DNA of 64,000 nt from Nemertoderma westbladi (GCA_032718475.1 JAUCBJ010008915.1:1-64000); one strand, 5' to 3'; counted from the first letter of the stretch, positions 1-11,957 are shown. Notes: a model not told the origin generated them from the sequence alone. Numbers and translations are program-made.

Positions 1-1451
1 CGCAGCGACGCTAGTCCAACTACTACGGAGGACGATGGTCGTTATATCGAACCGCCGATGTCCCAGGAGCAACTTACGCGTGAATTGGACTATCGAAAAT
101 TCACTGCTCGCTATACGCATCGTAATGGTACGCATATGGACTTCTTAACTACTGGTCATCCTATCGATTTACACGATACGGACGATGTCGACACCGAAAG
201 GGAAATGGTACTATTTAAATATCCTACCCAGCGGAGTCGGAATGATAAACTGAAAATCGAATGCGAAAATTCTATTCGAAATCGACTCGAAAGAGAAGAC
301 GTTAAAGAACCGGATAAACGCAGTAACTCCAACGTATATTTGGAATTCTTGAGAGAAACGTTGTAAAACCGAATAAATATCACCCGCGTTTCCCCTACAA
401 GACGTGTGTCTTTGGTATTATTGCGATGAATGCCCAAGACCCAACCAACAAATGGAAAGACATAAACATCCGCAGAGACATTGCTTTAAACACGGTTTTA
501 CTCGCTATATTTACGGGAGTTTCGAGCGAAACTTCTTCGATGTATCACCTACGCTCGCTCGATTCAAACGATCCTTAAATAAACCTATGATCAGAGTTCC
601 GGAATACTCGGTCAGACCTCCTCATTCCCTAGTTAGACCTCAGACTCTTGATCCTCCCGAACTGTACTCACTGTTCAAAGATCTAGTGTTACCCGAACAG
701 TTAGTCGGTGGCACTCCGGTTGTGGGCTCCCTAAATATTCACCCATCTTACCTAGTCGGATTGGGACGCGGACATATAATATCGCCATTCAACCGTATCA
801 TCGTCCCTGTTTAACCCGATACAACCTGTCACCGAGGCGGAGGAGAGAGTTGTACGAAACGCATTGGACACTATTCGTCAAAAGATCGGAAAAGGAACCT
901 ACAATTGTTTAGAGAAACATAAATTGCAGCAGCAAGTCCAAGCGGTAAACAAATTAGCTTTACTCAGTTCGATCAGGAAATCCGGAATCTCTAAGAAGAT
1001 ATCGAACTTGGACGGCTCTACTTTCTGCAAGAGTTTGGACAAATGTTTTCAACGACAAGCGGAGGAAAATCAGCTCGAGGAGAAGCATATCGATTCCGAC
1101 AGAGCCCGAGAACGCGGGTTGGAAAGAATCATCAAACCGAGGAAATTTCTCACTATACACGGTCCACCTACCGCTATCGTTCAGACGACCCGTCAGGGAC
1201 CAGTAAGAGCTGCTGTCTCAAAACGCGATCTCAAGGTTGTTCGACCTCATTCCACTGAGGTTGATACCGATCAACCGGGTACCTCGACCGGCGGATACAC
1301 CGACCGTAACCCTAAACCTTCTGATGCAATTGTATTGCACCCTTCACCCAAGGGTTATAGCCCTCCTAGTAAAGTGGCTCGCCCCAAAGAGAAAAGGACT
1401 CTTGCTAGCCTCAAAAAACTGCGTAAACGCCGTCCGCGCAAGAAAAACTAA
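1..1451 (+). pseudogene. Frameshifted 3' accessory coding region of the LTR element (ORF pieces 1-366, 404-814, 864-1451), unknown protein with basic C-terminus
   Basis: Homologous to 22874-24159. 7 of 17 differences in the first 64 codons are synonymous. Ends KKLRKRRPRKKN*. No recognisable gag/pol/env motif. Confidence 0.6.
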
Positions 1452-1529
1452 CTGTTTAGAGTATTTTTATATTTTAGAAACTGTGATTTTTTATATTTTA
1501 TAGAATTAAATCCCATTTTCTGGGAGCGG

Positions 1530-2694
1530 TGTAAAGGCTTTTGCGGATCTAGCTAGTTATTTTCCCCCGCAAAGTACTCTGTAGGTGTTTTAGCGGACAT
1601 AAAAAGCCGTTTCCTTACTGTACAGGTGTTTTAGTGGACATAAAAAGCCATTTCTTCTGTATGTGTACTTTAGCGGACATAACTAGCGATTTTATGTCGC
1701 AATACGCCAAAATACTCTTGATACAGTGTAGTTCCGATGACGACATCTATCAGCTGATATGTCCACGTGTAACTTTTTCTTTGTTCTTTGTTCGGCTCAC
1801 TCGACCAATCAGAGCGATTTTCTTTGTGTTGGACAGTGCATATAGAAACTCACGCAATTCAGTCAGTGTGTATCTTTCCTAAGCCTAGAACACTGGCTGT
1901 GGAATTATTCTGTGTTTCAGACTTTAGCCAAACATTAGAAGGCTTTGATCATAGAAACGTATAACTGTTATCAAACCAACTCAGTACATATGCATTATGC
2001 TTTCACCGCATTGTTTTACTGCTTTTACTGTCGGTTATTAATTGTATCAGTTGATGGAATATTGTTATATTTGGAGAATATCGATAAATAATCAGAAAAC
2101 CCCAATCTTCTTGATATACTGAAGGTTAGAGAGACCGGTTACAGATAGCAATTGCGACTTACCTTATATTGGTTTTGGAGTGAATTGAATGCTATTTCAT
2201 AGACCCTACATGTATCAGTTGCTGTTCTCCTTATATATGATTAAAATTAGTGAAGGTCGGCAGATCGGTGTGCAGCATTGTGCGGTAGTGTGCATGAGTG
2301 TGATAGATAACAAAGCATCTCCTAAAGAATGCGCTTTATACGTGAATCATTAGCCATCCCGTTGTGTTTAGTGTAAGTCATAACTCTGTTTACATACTTA
2401 GAGCGCCACGTCCTAAAGGAACTGTTAATATTTCCCGAAAGTGAATAATATTTGTCAGAGATTATATATTAACGATCAATCGAATAGTACAGTAGGCCTA
2501 CACCGCAATAAGGTCAGAGCTTCCGAATCCAGTCTCCCGGGTAAATCCAGCGGGTGAATGGTCGCGCATAGGCTGGCTTCGGCTAATGTAGTTTTATGTG
2601 TATCAAATACTTGTCATAGGCTAAAGTCGATTTATAACCTAGAAGACACCTAAATTTGGCAGGTTAAACTGCTAAAGGTCTAAAAGCGCGAACA
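1530..2694 (+). repeat. 3' LTR, subfamily 1 (1165 bp)
   Basis: TGT...ACA termini, upstream PPT, and clear similarity to the LTRs at 16738-17986 and 24238-25486, especially in the 3' half. Confidence 0.9.
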
Positions 2695-2761
2695 AAGGTT
2701 ATACAGCTGTAATGCCTATACACTATTCCATTATAGTTTTTAATTAGTTTAACAAAATTAG

Positions 2762-3040
2762 GTTCAACCTTGGTTTAGTGGTCGCATTGAATTCACATCT
2801 CCTGTAGGTCGTGGGTTCGATCCTCACATGGGCCAGGGCAGTTTTCGTTTCGGCACGAATGCTTTAAAGGGAACAGCCAGGGCGCATTGCCTTGCATCCT
2901 TAAGTGGTAGCTAAATGAGTACTGGAGTTTCCTCTAGGGAGTAAAGTTCTGGGGGGACCGCACTGGAAATAAGTCGTCAGACTTTGTGCGTAATCCCTGG
3001 CCTAGCGGCCGAAGAAAATTTACTTTACTTTTTACTTTAC
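2762..3040 (+). mobile_element. tRNA-derived SINE (central part resembles the Meta-SINE domain)
   Basis: A-box TGGTTTAGTGG, B-box GGTTCGATCC, central GCCTTGCATCCTT...AAATGAGTAC, (TTTAC)n tail. Related copies at about 36790-36922 and 63426-63650. Confidence 0.8.
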
Positions 3041-3059
3041 AATTGTTAGCGATGTCGTG

Positions 3060-3360
3060 TCCTTTCCTAAATTTCGACTGACAGACGGACAGATTGTCTG
3101 ATAAACAGACATTCTGACAGTTAGACAGTCTGGGATTCTTCAAACGTTAAAACTAACATCGGTATTGAAATCACCGACCAGGAAAACGACCATAACCTAA
3201 ATTTCTGTTCGGTAGTATGTTTCCTTAATTATTGACTGACAGACAGACAGATTGTCCGATAAACAGACAGAATGACAGTCTGGAATTCATAAAACTTTAA
3301 AACTGACATCGGAAATGCAATCAGCACCCAGAAAACGCCCATATCAAAAATTTAAGTTGA
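3060..3360. repeat. Two diverged tandem units of about 160 bp with GACA/GACG micro-repeats (probable non-autonomous transposon interior)
   Basis: GACTGACAGAC.GACAGATTGTC.GATAAACAGAC...AAAACT.ACATCGG occurs at about 3076 and 3234. Confidence 0.55.
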
Positions 3361-4440
3361 GAAGTATTCTTCCTTATTTTTTCAATATAATTTGAATTAT
3401 CCCTCCAATTAACATAAAATGGTGGGAAGGTTTGAAATCTTTAAATGGCTTTATCTCAGAATTTTATTTTTCGTTTTTATTTTTCACTCATGTACCTGTG
3501 TACCGTTTCTGTGGAACTACTGGACCCAATTGCATGAAATTTTCAGTATAAGTTCTTCTACTAATCCTTTATAGGTGGTACCACCTTTAGACATGTAGGT
3601 TAGAAATTTAAAAGGTTACATCACAAAAAACGGCCCAAATACGTGTTTTTTTCACTTTTTACAAATAACATTTTTCACTTTTACAAATTTATGGTGATCA
3701 CAATAGTTTTTTTTTATTTATTCTGCTACCACCTCTGAGACACATGCAAAATTAATTCCCCTCCAAATTTCAAGCCATTCTGTTGAACCAATTCCTCAGA
3801 AGAGGTACTGTACATAAGCTTAATAGTCAAATGTGTGGACAAACACGTGCCCTTAACTTCCAGTATGTTTTGGCCTTCTAGGGGGTCAGTGTTTCGTATG
3901 GCATAAATCAATAGTACATTAAGTTTATATTATTGATTTCAGCAATGATGTCATAGCTGGCCTTTCTGTCAAGTTGTATATCAATGAAAAGTTTTTAATA
4001 ATTTTCATAGAATTGCTCTGGTAAGCTAGATTTCTTCTTTTGTTTCTGGGTACAGAAAATCGATTTTTGAAAGTCAATATATACTACACTGTGTAGTGTG
4101 TATACGGTACAATAGGATACGGTGGGGGTGGGCTGCTGACGAAATCAATGCGACAGGAACCCACCAAGGCCTGTATGATTGATTAATTTATGATGAATTA
4201 TCGGTGTCGAATAATAAGGTTAATTTATAATTTTCTATACTATATCTTGTTCAGAAGCGAAGGTACGTCTTGGATATATGGCTTTTAACTTTAATCGTGC
4301 TTTAATTTTATTGCATCTGGTGGAATCTTCAGTGAGTTCCAGGCTTAACTCTGGCGTTAGCGTATCCCTATATTATCGCTATATCGATTCAATAGGAGAT
4401 TATAGACAAATTCCGCGATCGATATGACGCGAGTAATAAT

Positions 4441-5655
4441 TACTACTACAGTACTACTAGGTCGAGCGAACTCGGACAGTGGAAATGAGATCCTTCCAGG
4501 CTTCCCGATTCTCCATAGTTGTCGCAATTTCGTTTCTCCCAAGTTCAGTATCCCTTTCAAGTTGATCTATATATGTTATGGCCGGTCGTCCACGACTACG
4601 CTTTCCATGAGTTGGTTGCCAGAAAAGTAGATCTGGTATGACCTCATCTTTACTTCGCCAGCAGTACCCACTGAATCTTAATCTGCGTTCACGGAGGGTG
4701 GTTGATACAGGTGGTATTGTACCATAAAGCTCGGCGTTTGTCATGTGTTGTCTCCAGCTGATGTTTAGGGCTGCCCTTAGTAGTCTTGTGTAGCAACCAT
4801 CAATTCGTTGTTCAAGTGATTTAGTCAGTGTCCAGGTCTCACCCCCATATAAAAATACACTTTCCACTGTGGCTCGAATGAAGTTAGTCTTCAGGTGCCT
4901 GGAGAGATCTGATTTTCAGATGGTATCCATTTTTTATACAGCTACCCAAGCCTTTGCTTTCCTAACTTCTATGTATTTTTTGCTACTCTCTATCGACCCT
5001 AGGTACTGGAAGTCGTCAACCAAGAAATCAAAAATCAAGTTGATTATTATCAATTGTTGTCAAGTTTACATTAACATTAAAAGTCATGAATTCGGTCTTG
5101 GTAGCATTTATATGCAACCCAACCTCCTTAGCAGCCCTCTCCACTTTATTTAGTAGAAGCTGTGCATCTGCTAGCGTATTAGATAGTAGGGCGATGTCAT
5201 CCGCAAAGTCGGTGTCTGTGACTGTAGTTGCCGGATATCTACTACTTCTGCGTTCTTGTAGTGTGAATCTCAGATCTTTGCCCTTTGTGGCCGTTCTCAT
5301 TGCGTAATCCAGTAGGCCTACAATTACAAATAGTAATGGCGCCAATGTGTAACCTTGCAGTACGCCAGCCATGATTGAGAAGTACCTGAGCTTCTGTGTC
5401 ACATTATAACAATCCAATGCCAGCCACAATTACCTCTGGTACTCCATAAGCTCTTAGGATTTCCAGCATTTTACCTCTATGGATGGAATCGAATGCCTTC
5501 TTGAAGTCCACACAAGTCATGACTGCGGGGAGATTCTTTGACTTAATTCCTTCAATCAGTCTCCGTAGTGCAAGTATCTGAGCTATTGTTGATCTACTTG
5601 GTCGAAATCAGCTTTGGCTCTTACTTAGTAGTTTCTCTATGTGAGGCCTAATCCT
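4441..5655 (-). mobile_element. 5'-truncated, degraded RTE-clade LINE (RT C-terminal half)
   Basis: ORF pieces contain GVLQGYTLAPLLF, TDTDFADDIALL, LYGGETWTLTK and RSRGRP. (TAG)n-like 3' tail near 4441-4460. Frameshifts present. Confidence 0.9.
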
Positions 5656-6800
5656 ATATACTGTAGAATCATTTTATTGTATATTTTAATACTCAATAAT
5701 ATTTATACTCAGGTCAGAAAGGGGGGGACTTTCGACCCAATAAAAATTCATCCTTCTCCAGGGGAAATTCGACGCAAATAGCAGCTGATTACTCTCAAAA
5801 ATAAAACTATAACCTGTTCTGTTCTGTTGTGTTGTGTTTAGTTTGTTGTTTTGGTTAAAATAACGCGCCACTGTGACCTGCTCCTTTCCCTAAATGAAAA
5901 ATTTAACATTGAAGCGGGATATTAAATTGCCAAGATGGGATTGGCGTCCAGTCCCCCCCCCCCCCCCCCCCCCCCCTGTCTCACTCAGGTGGAACCCCAT
6001 CGACGCCACAAATTATATTCGTTTCATGTGCAACAAACAGCCTTAACCTCTGATGAAGTTATATCAAGTGTTGGAATATCAGAGAGTACTGCAGTAGTAT
6101 GCCAGGCACAGGACATCCGATGAAGTCATCTGGTAGTGCACTCACATTGTTAGGCAGTTTCTCGAGAAGAAACCAACGTGTGAAAAACCTAACCATCATC
6201 ACTGAAGAAGGCGCAACCGATAATTCGATTATTAATTAGGCCTACTTTGTCCATTACTGGTAGTGCAGATGCAGTTGGATTCTAAAGTATCCTAACTCCA
6301 CGACACCACTAATCCCACATAGTTTGCTATGGGGAGCGAATGAACTCCCAGCCACCTCGCATGATATCGTACTTCCTCAGCACACCTCATTCAGAATTGC
6401 TGAATCGCCACACTTTAACTCTGCTTAAAATTCTTTTGTATTTGAGACGTGTTTAAAAATTGTAATTGTTTTTTTTTCATTTTAGAGATAATTTATATTT
6501 TGCCTTATCGTTAGAAATGAACCCCATCCACCTCAAAATCACAAATTAGGCCTATTACTATTATGAATTTTACTTTAATATTATACATGTACTACATTAA
6601 ATATATGTACTGTACCATAATTTTCTTTGTCACTCATTCTTAAATTTATAGGATTTGTTTTTTTTTGTAGAGTTTGTTGATAACGGTGCAGTCAACCAAC
6701 AAAGAGTCTAGTGCAATGATAATTTTAAATTACAGGCATCTTAACACAACACAAAGAGTCTTAGCGTTAAGAAGAAAGTGCAGTATACCAGTTTTGAGGT

Positions 6801-8459
6801 TTACAGTTCATCACTTCCACCTGGACAGTTTTTTATTCCATCCCCAACTTTATTAGCTTTAATGCAAACCAAGGTATCCGGACATTGAAACACGGTTGAA
6901 GGATCTTCGACGTCACAACATGCGCCATCCAGCGTCATATCCCCGCAACGATCTGGCCCTTTACACATTTTGTAGTTTTTGAAACAGTTCCCGTTTGGAC
7001 AACGAAATTTGCCGGTGGTATCGCAACAAGATGATTCATCACTCCCGTCGTCGCAGTCGTTGATTCCGTTACACAACTTGTTATAATAAATACATTCTCC
7101 GGATCCGCAACGCCAATTGTAAATTGCCTTACAAGGGCACCACTTCTCGTCGCTGCCATCACTGCAATCGCTGACACCGTCGCAACGTTGATCAGTCAAC
7201 ACACATTGAATACCGTCGGCACATTGATGCCCATAAGGAGATACACACGGGCAAACATCACCTTCATCGGAATTGTCACCACAATTATTTTCTTTATTAC
7301 ATTTATCTCCCTTTGGAATACAATGACCATTATCACATTGGAACTCACCAGGTAAACAGTGGTTGCCTCCCTGTCGTTCAGCTGTTTGACATTCTGAATT
7401 ATCTTCTGGACAGACACAATTACAATTCTTATCGATATACGATGGTTCTTCGCAGTGGATGTTCGCGTAATCGCAGTAGGTCCCGCAGTCTGGGTTATCC
7501 TCTGGACAAACACATTGGCAGTCTTCTCCGATGTAACCAGGGTAACGGCAGTGAACACTTTGCACATCGCAATCTCGTTCACATGGCGGATAACCTGGGG
7601 GGCAGTAGCATTGGCATTGGGTGTCTATAAATCCCGGCTCCAGACATCCGGTTTCCTCGGATCGTGGACATGTCCTTCCGCAATCAGCTCCTTCTGGACA
7701 AACACACTCGCAATTCTTATCGAGGTAACCTGGTCGGTCGCAGACAACCGCATCAAAATCGCAATGCGATGCGCAACTGTACATGAGATTGATCTCCTTA
7801 GCGTCGTAAAAAGATAAACCGGGTTTCGTTAATTTTATTCTTCCGTCTGACTTTATATTACTTGGGTCCGCATCCATGGGGACTTTGGGTAAAAACGCTT
7901 TAGAAACAACAGAATAGAAATCGAAAGGCAGATTGAAGTTGTTTCCGCTCTTTTCTATTGGAGTTATCAAACCGTAGCTGAATACCACCCCGTTGTGTTC
8001 CATGTACATAAATCGTTCGCGATCCATTCGTTGATATTCGTGTGCCATCCCTAGTAAATGGGATAACTCATGGAGAACGTTATTCTTGCTGTAACATCCT
8101 ACAGACATGGATACCTTGTTGATTCCTTCGCTATAACCTCCAACCGACCAACAACCATTCTGATCTACAAACATCATTTCACCTGTGTAACTAATTTGCG
8201 CTAATACCGCATCCGTTTTTGGAATAACTTCTACGCACGTTTTTTCCTTTAATTCATCGATCGCGCTGTACACGAAATTTTTTCTCGTTTCTGTAAAAAC
8301 ATCAGACACATCGAAAGAGTATGGTATAACGACAACTGGCTCCTTCCCTGCATACAACAAATACTTCGGCCAACGTTTTTCCATGTCTATATCTCCTTTT
8401 CCTCCAACACCAATTACAATGGACATCGCTACAAGCAACCATGGTGCAATAACTGTCAT
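6801..8459 (-). CDS. Secreted astacin-family (M12A) metalloprotease with four Cys-rich EGF-like repeats and about five LDL-receptor class A repeats; intronless
   Basis: 552-aa ORF with hydrophobic N-terminal signal, GCWSVGG, zinc motif HELSHLLGMAHEYQRMDR and LDLa motifs C..G.CI.....C....DC.DGSDE. Confidence 0.9.
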   Translation of the reverse strand: MTVIAPWLLVAMSIVIGVGGKGDIDMEKRWPKYLLYAGKEPVVVIPYSFDVSDVFTETRKNFVYSAIDELKEKTCVEVIPKTDAVLAQISYTGEMMFVDQNGCWSVGGYSEGINKVSMSVGCYSKNNVLHELSHLLGMAHEYQRMDRERFMYMEHNGVVFSYGLITPIEKSGNNFNLPFDFYSVVSKAFLPKVPMDADPSNIKSDGRIKLTKPGLSFYDAKEINLMYSCASHCDFDAVVCDRPGYLDKNCECVCPEGADCGRTCPRSEETGCLEPGFIDTQCQCYCPPGYPPCERDCDVQSVHCRYPGYIGEDCQCVCPEDNPDCGTYCDYANIHCEEPSYIDKNCNCVCPEDNSECQTAERQGGNHCLPGEFQCDNGHCIPKGDKCNKENNCGDNSDEGDVCPCVSPYGHQCADGIQCVLTDQRCDGVSDCSDGSDEKWCPCKAIYNWRCGSGECIYYNKLCNGINDCDDGSDESSCCDTTGKFRCPNGNCFKNYKMCKGPDRCGDMTLDGACCDVEDPSTVFQCPDTLVCIKANKVGDGIKNCPGGSDEL

Positions 8460-9747
8460 ATTGAAACCTTATTGGAAAGTGTTGTGTTGAAAAATGATAA
8501 TTATTGATGCAACTATGTAATATATATTAATAAACACAAAGCTCAAAAATCATTAAAGGAAAAGGTAATTTACGTACTATTATTATGATGATCGAAGTAA
8601 ATAGAAACTAATGCTAAATGTTGTCTTATTTTATATCGTATTTTATTTCATTTTAGGTTTGTTGAAAAACAATTAAAACTATCTGTGAATGTTATTTTAT
8701 TTTCGCGAGCTGCCCAGAACCCTAGTAATAAATATAATTAGGCGATTTTTTCTCTCGGGATGCGGGTAATGTTGTATCTTTCAATAATCCAAACCCAATC
8801 TGTCAAACTATTGTGCTATTTGTAACTGTATAGCCTGTGGTCTAGCAACCTTGCAACCTTTCTCAACTAGGAAGTGCACAACACACGTACTTCCATGGTT
8901 AATCGCCTTGGCTTAACATTGACTCTGGAAATGCGATTGTTGGTGAAAAAAAAAACTTAAAAAAAACGATCTTTGTTTAATTACATATGTATAATAAGCA
9001 TCTATTATCTATACTATTATTTATTAAGCTCTCTTATCCACATCTTAGCAAAGACATCATTGACGTCCAGATGGGATCGAACTAGTGACACTATGGCCAG
9101 GTTGGAAGTCTGGTGTAGCAACCATTCCGATAGCAACTCAAACAAAAGGAAAGACCTGGAAATATCACCGGATATGCTGTGTTTGTCATTTACGTGCCCC
9201 ATGGGCTTCCAACTGTCAATAATCCTAATACTTAGCTTTACCAAGTGCGATTTCAATACTATATAACAATAATTTTAACAAGTAATGCCTTCAAACGTTG
9301 ACAGTCTAACAAAATATTCCGTTATCACAAAACACTTTGAAATTTAGGGTATATATATACTAACGGTATTCTGGAAGGTGTATTGTTATAAATGCTCTGA
9401 TTGGCTAAAACTAAATGTGTAATTCCCATTACAGTAAAACACCCTAAAATTGTATTGGACAATGAAAAAAGTGATTTGAAAATCGTATAAACAATGTGTG
9501 TGGTTCGCCATTTAGTGGTTATGCTGTGAACATAATGCGGATAGCTTCCCATGTTTTTATATGGAATAGTTATTGTAGGCTTAGTTCAACTCCAACAGTC
9601 GGTCTTTCAAAAAATTCATTAAAAATTTACGGAATGGATCATGTTACAGTTGAAAGGAACATGTTACAGTCAGTAATAAACCCATTACACAAAACAGTAT
9701 ACTAAAATAAACATCGGTTTGCATTGATAATACTGTTTTAATTGGTC

Positions 9748-9825
9748 TAGGCTAAAGTCGATTTATAAACAAGAAGACAACTAAAATTGGCAGGTTAAAC
9801 TGCTAAAGGTCTAAAAGCGCGAACA
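9748..9825 (+). mobile_element. Isolated 3'-terminal fragment (about 78 bp) of the subfamily-1 LTR
   Basis: TAGGCTAAAGTCGATTTATAA...GGCAGGTTAAACTGCTAAAGGTCTAAAAGCGCGAACA is nearly identical to 2617-2694. Confidence 0.85.
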
Positions 9826-9934
9826 GTGCATTCATTCATGCATTACTGTAAAAGCGTATACAATGAGGGCGATACACCCTTCCCACAAATAAATAATATA
9901 AAATAATATATAAAAAATAATAATATGAGTAGGT

Positions 9935-10290
9935 ACAATTATGTACGTCTGATGGGTACATAATGTACAAATACATACGTAGTAACGTATGGTACGACGT
10001 ACCAACATTCAGTAATTTACACATGCCGGGTCAATGGGACCATACATAAGCACTAACCAATTACGTACGTCTGATGGGTACATAATGTACAAATACATAC
10101 GTAGTAACGTATGGTACAATGTACCAACGTACAGTAATTTACGCATGCCGGGTCAATAGGACCATACATACGCACTAAACAATTACGTACATCTGATGGG
10201 TACATAATGAACAAATACATACGTACTAACATATGGTACGACGTACCAACGTACAGTAATTTATGCACGCCGGGTCAATGGGACCAAATA
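9935..10290 (+). repeat. Tandem repeat, 3 units of about 122 bp
   Basis: Units start CAATTA.GTAC.TCTGATGGGTACATAATG at about 9935, 10058 and 10180. Confidence 0.9.
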
Positions 10291-10294
10291 CCGA

Positions 10295-11376
10295 ATCAAC
10301 GGGAATAATGACTAGAATAGTAGGACGAGACTTTAGACGGATCTCACTGACATGATGTACACATGCGTGGGACCCGATGAGAGTGAGGAGAGTGGCAGCG
10401 GGGAAGTATGGGAAGGAGGTGTTGGCATGTGAGGAAGTGAAAGGAGTGCGATTCAAGTGTGGGGAGCGAGCATGGAGGAGAATGAGTCCCAAGGGACTGG
10501 TGAGAGAGGAAGGGACAGCGAGGTCCGTGAGGAAGTGTAGAGGAAGGTTAGAGGAAAATTGTGTGGAGAGTGAGCACAATGGTCTCAAACAGAGACACCA
10601 GATACCTCGCGACATGGCTCATAGCCACATAGTGCAACATAGCTCGCGATTGCACCAAGGATGGGTAATAACAACGGACCCATGGGGGCCGGTCTGGAAA
10701 GCCGACCCTGAGAAGAAAACTCCACCCCACATCCAATATTAGATTGGGTTCCAGCGGAATTGAAGCGCACTTGAGGTTGATGCTATCTTCTCACCGGGAA
10801 GATAACATGGGGGGGAGTGTAAGCGGATTCAATTCCCTTACATTACCCACCCGAAAATGGGACCAGTGGCATTTTACCAATATAGTTGGCGATACGAGAT
10901 TACCAATAATAATCTCGCCTCATAACCAACTCGGGGGGGCGACAAACGCCCTAAGCCACAGAGAGAGGTGAGAGGTCAAACCACCTCAGAGGGAGAAGCC
11001 AGCTAGTCGAGGCTAGTGGCAGGGGGTAAAAGCATCCATTGGGTAACAAAGGCCAAAGTAGAGTAGAGGTGAAACCAATATGTATGTGTATCAATCATAT
11101 ATTTACTCTGATTACTGGTTTACCAATCACACAGTTAGGGACCGGCAATAGTTTCGACCGTCATTTCATACACTGCTGTCATCATTCTGTATTGCAATTT
11201 CTACTATTATTTGTTATACATACTGTGCTATTATCATTGGAACATTAACAACGAGAAACGCAAACTCTGTTATTTTCCCGATGGCCTTCGGCCAAAGATA
11301 CTAGTTCAGCAGCCCAGCAGCAAAGTGACGCGTACAACCTAACCCGGTCGGGATCATTGAACTCAATCCCGTCACA
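10295..11376 (+). mobile_element. Probable solo LTR (Gypsy-like)
   Basis: Ends ...ATCCCGTCACA, with a degenerate inverted match ACGGGAAT at the start. Purine-rich 5' half, TATA-like GGGTAAAAGC near 11024, no credible ORF. No TSD seen. Confidence 0.45.
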
Positions 11377-11779
11377 GACGAAGTGAAGTACGATGAAGTA
11401 TATAACGATACTGAATTTTATTGAGTTCTACTGAGCCACTACAGGGCATTTTAAATCGTCTCTAAAATATTGGGAAGAGATCCTTAGATCCGTATTCATT
11501 TTCAATTTTTTTACTAGCTATTTTTATCCAGATTTTGACATAATTAATGTTCAAAAGCATCCCGTGCAAAAATATATAGATTTTTTATGGTAGCTATTAT
11601 TCTTGGTCTAGCTAGCTATTACTTAAGTTATTTATTATTATTTAAAGTCGTGGGTTTTGTTTTGTTCTCATCCTTTGCTCAGACGTAATAAAAATAAATT
11701 AAATTGATCTTCCATTCACATATGATCATATTTAACTGATTGACCTGTTAGCTACCGGTCCGGAACTGAATTAAACTTT

Positions 11780-11957
11780 CAGTTTAGGATAAATTGTACC
11801 TTAAATTATTAAAGTGGCCACTTAGTTAAGTGCTCGTTATCTTTTTATGAGAAACAACACTTAACTTAAACTAAGTGGCCATTTAACAAAGTGGGCATTT
11901 AAAATTATTAAGTGGCCATTTTAGGATAAATGGGCACTTAGTTTGAGAAACCGGGCG
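11780..11957. repeat. MITE end fragment with TTAAGTGGCCA-type subterminal repeats
   Basis: Repeated AAGTGGCCA/AAGTGGGCA and terminal TTTGAGAAACCGGGC. Partner terminus not found. Confidence 0.4.

Larger units (their letters stand above)
1..2694 (+). mobile_element. 3' part of an LTR retrotransposon (BEL/Pao-related subfamily 1): accessory coding region, PPT and 3' LTR
   Basis: 1-1530 aligns collinearly with about 22955-24238 of the full element. Purine tract GGGAGCGG precedes TGT at 1530, and the LTR ends GCGCGAACA at 2694 like the other LTRs. Confidence 0.9.

Noticed and set aside
690-1000. Alternative genetic code (TAA as sense) in the accessory region
   Set aside because: Stops align with several different codons in the other copy and TAA terminates host genes normally; decay explains them.
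2762-2840. tRNA gene
   Set aside because: Has A/B boxes but no convincing cloverleaf, and continues into a shared SINE body and simple-repeat tail.
6195-6232. Penelope-type minimal hammerhead (CTGAAGAAGG...CCGATA)
   Set aside because: GAAA core is mutated, stems are minimal, single copy, no Penelope ORF nearby.
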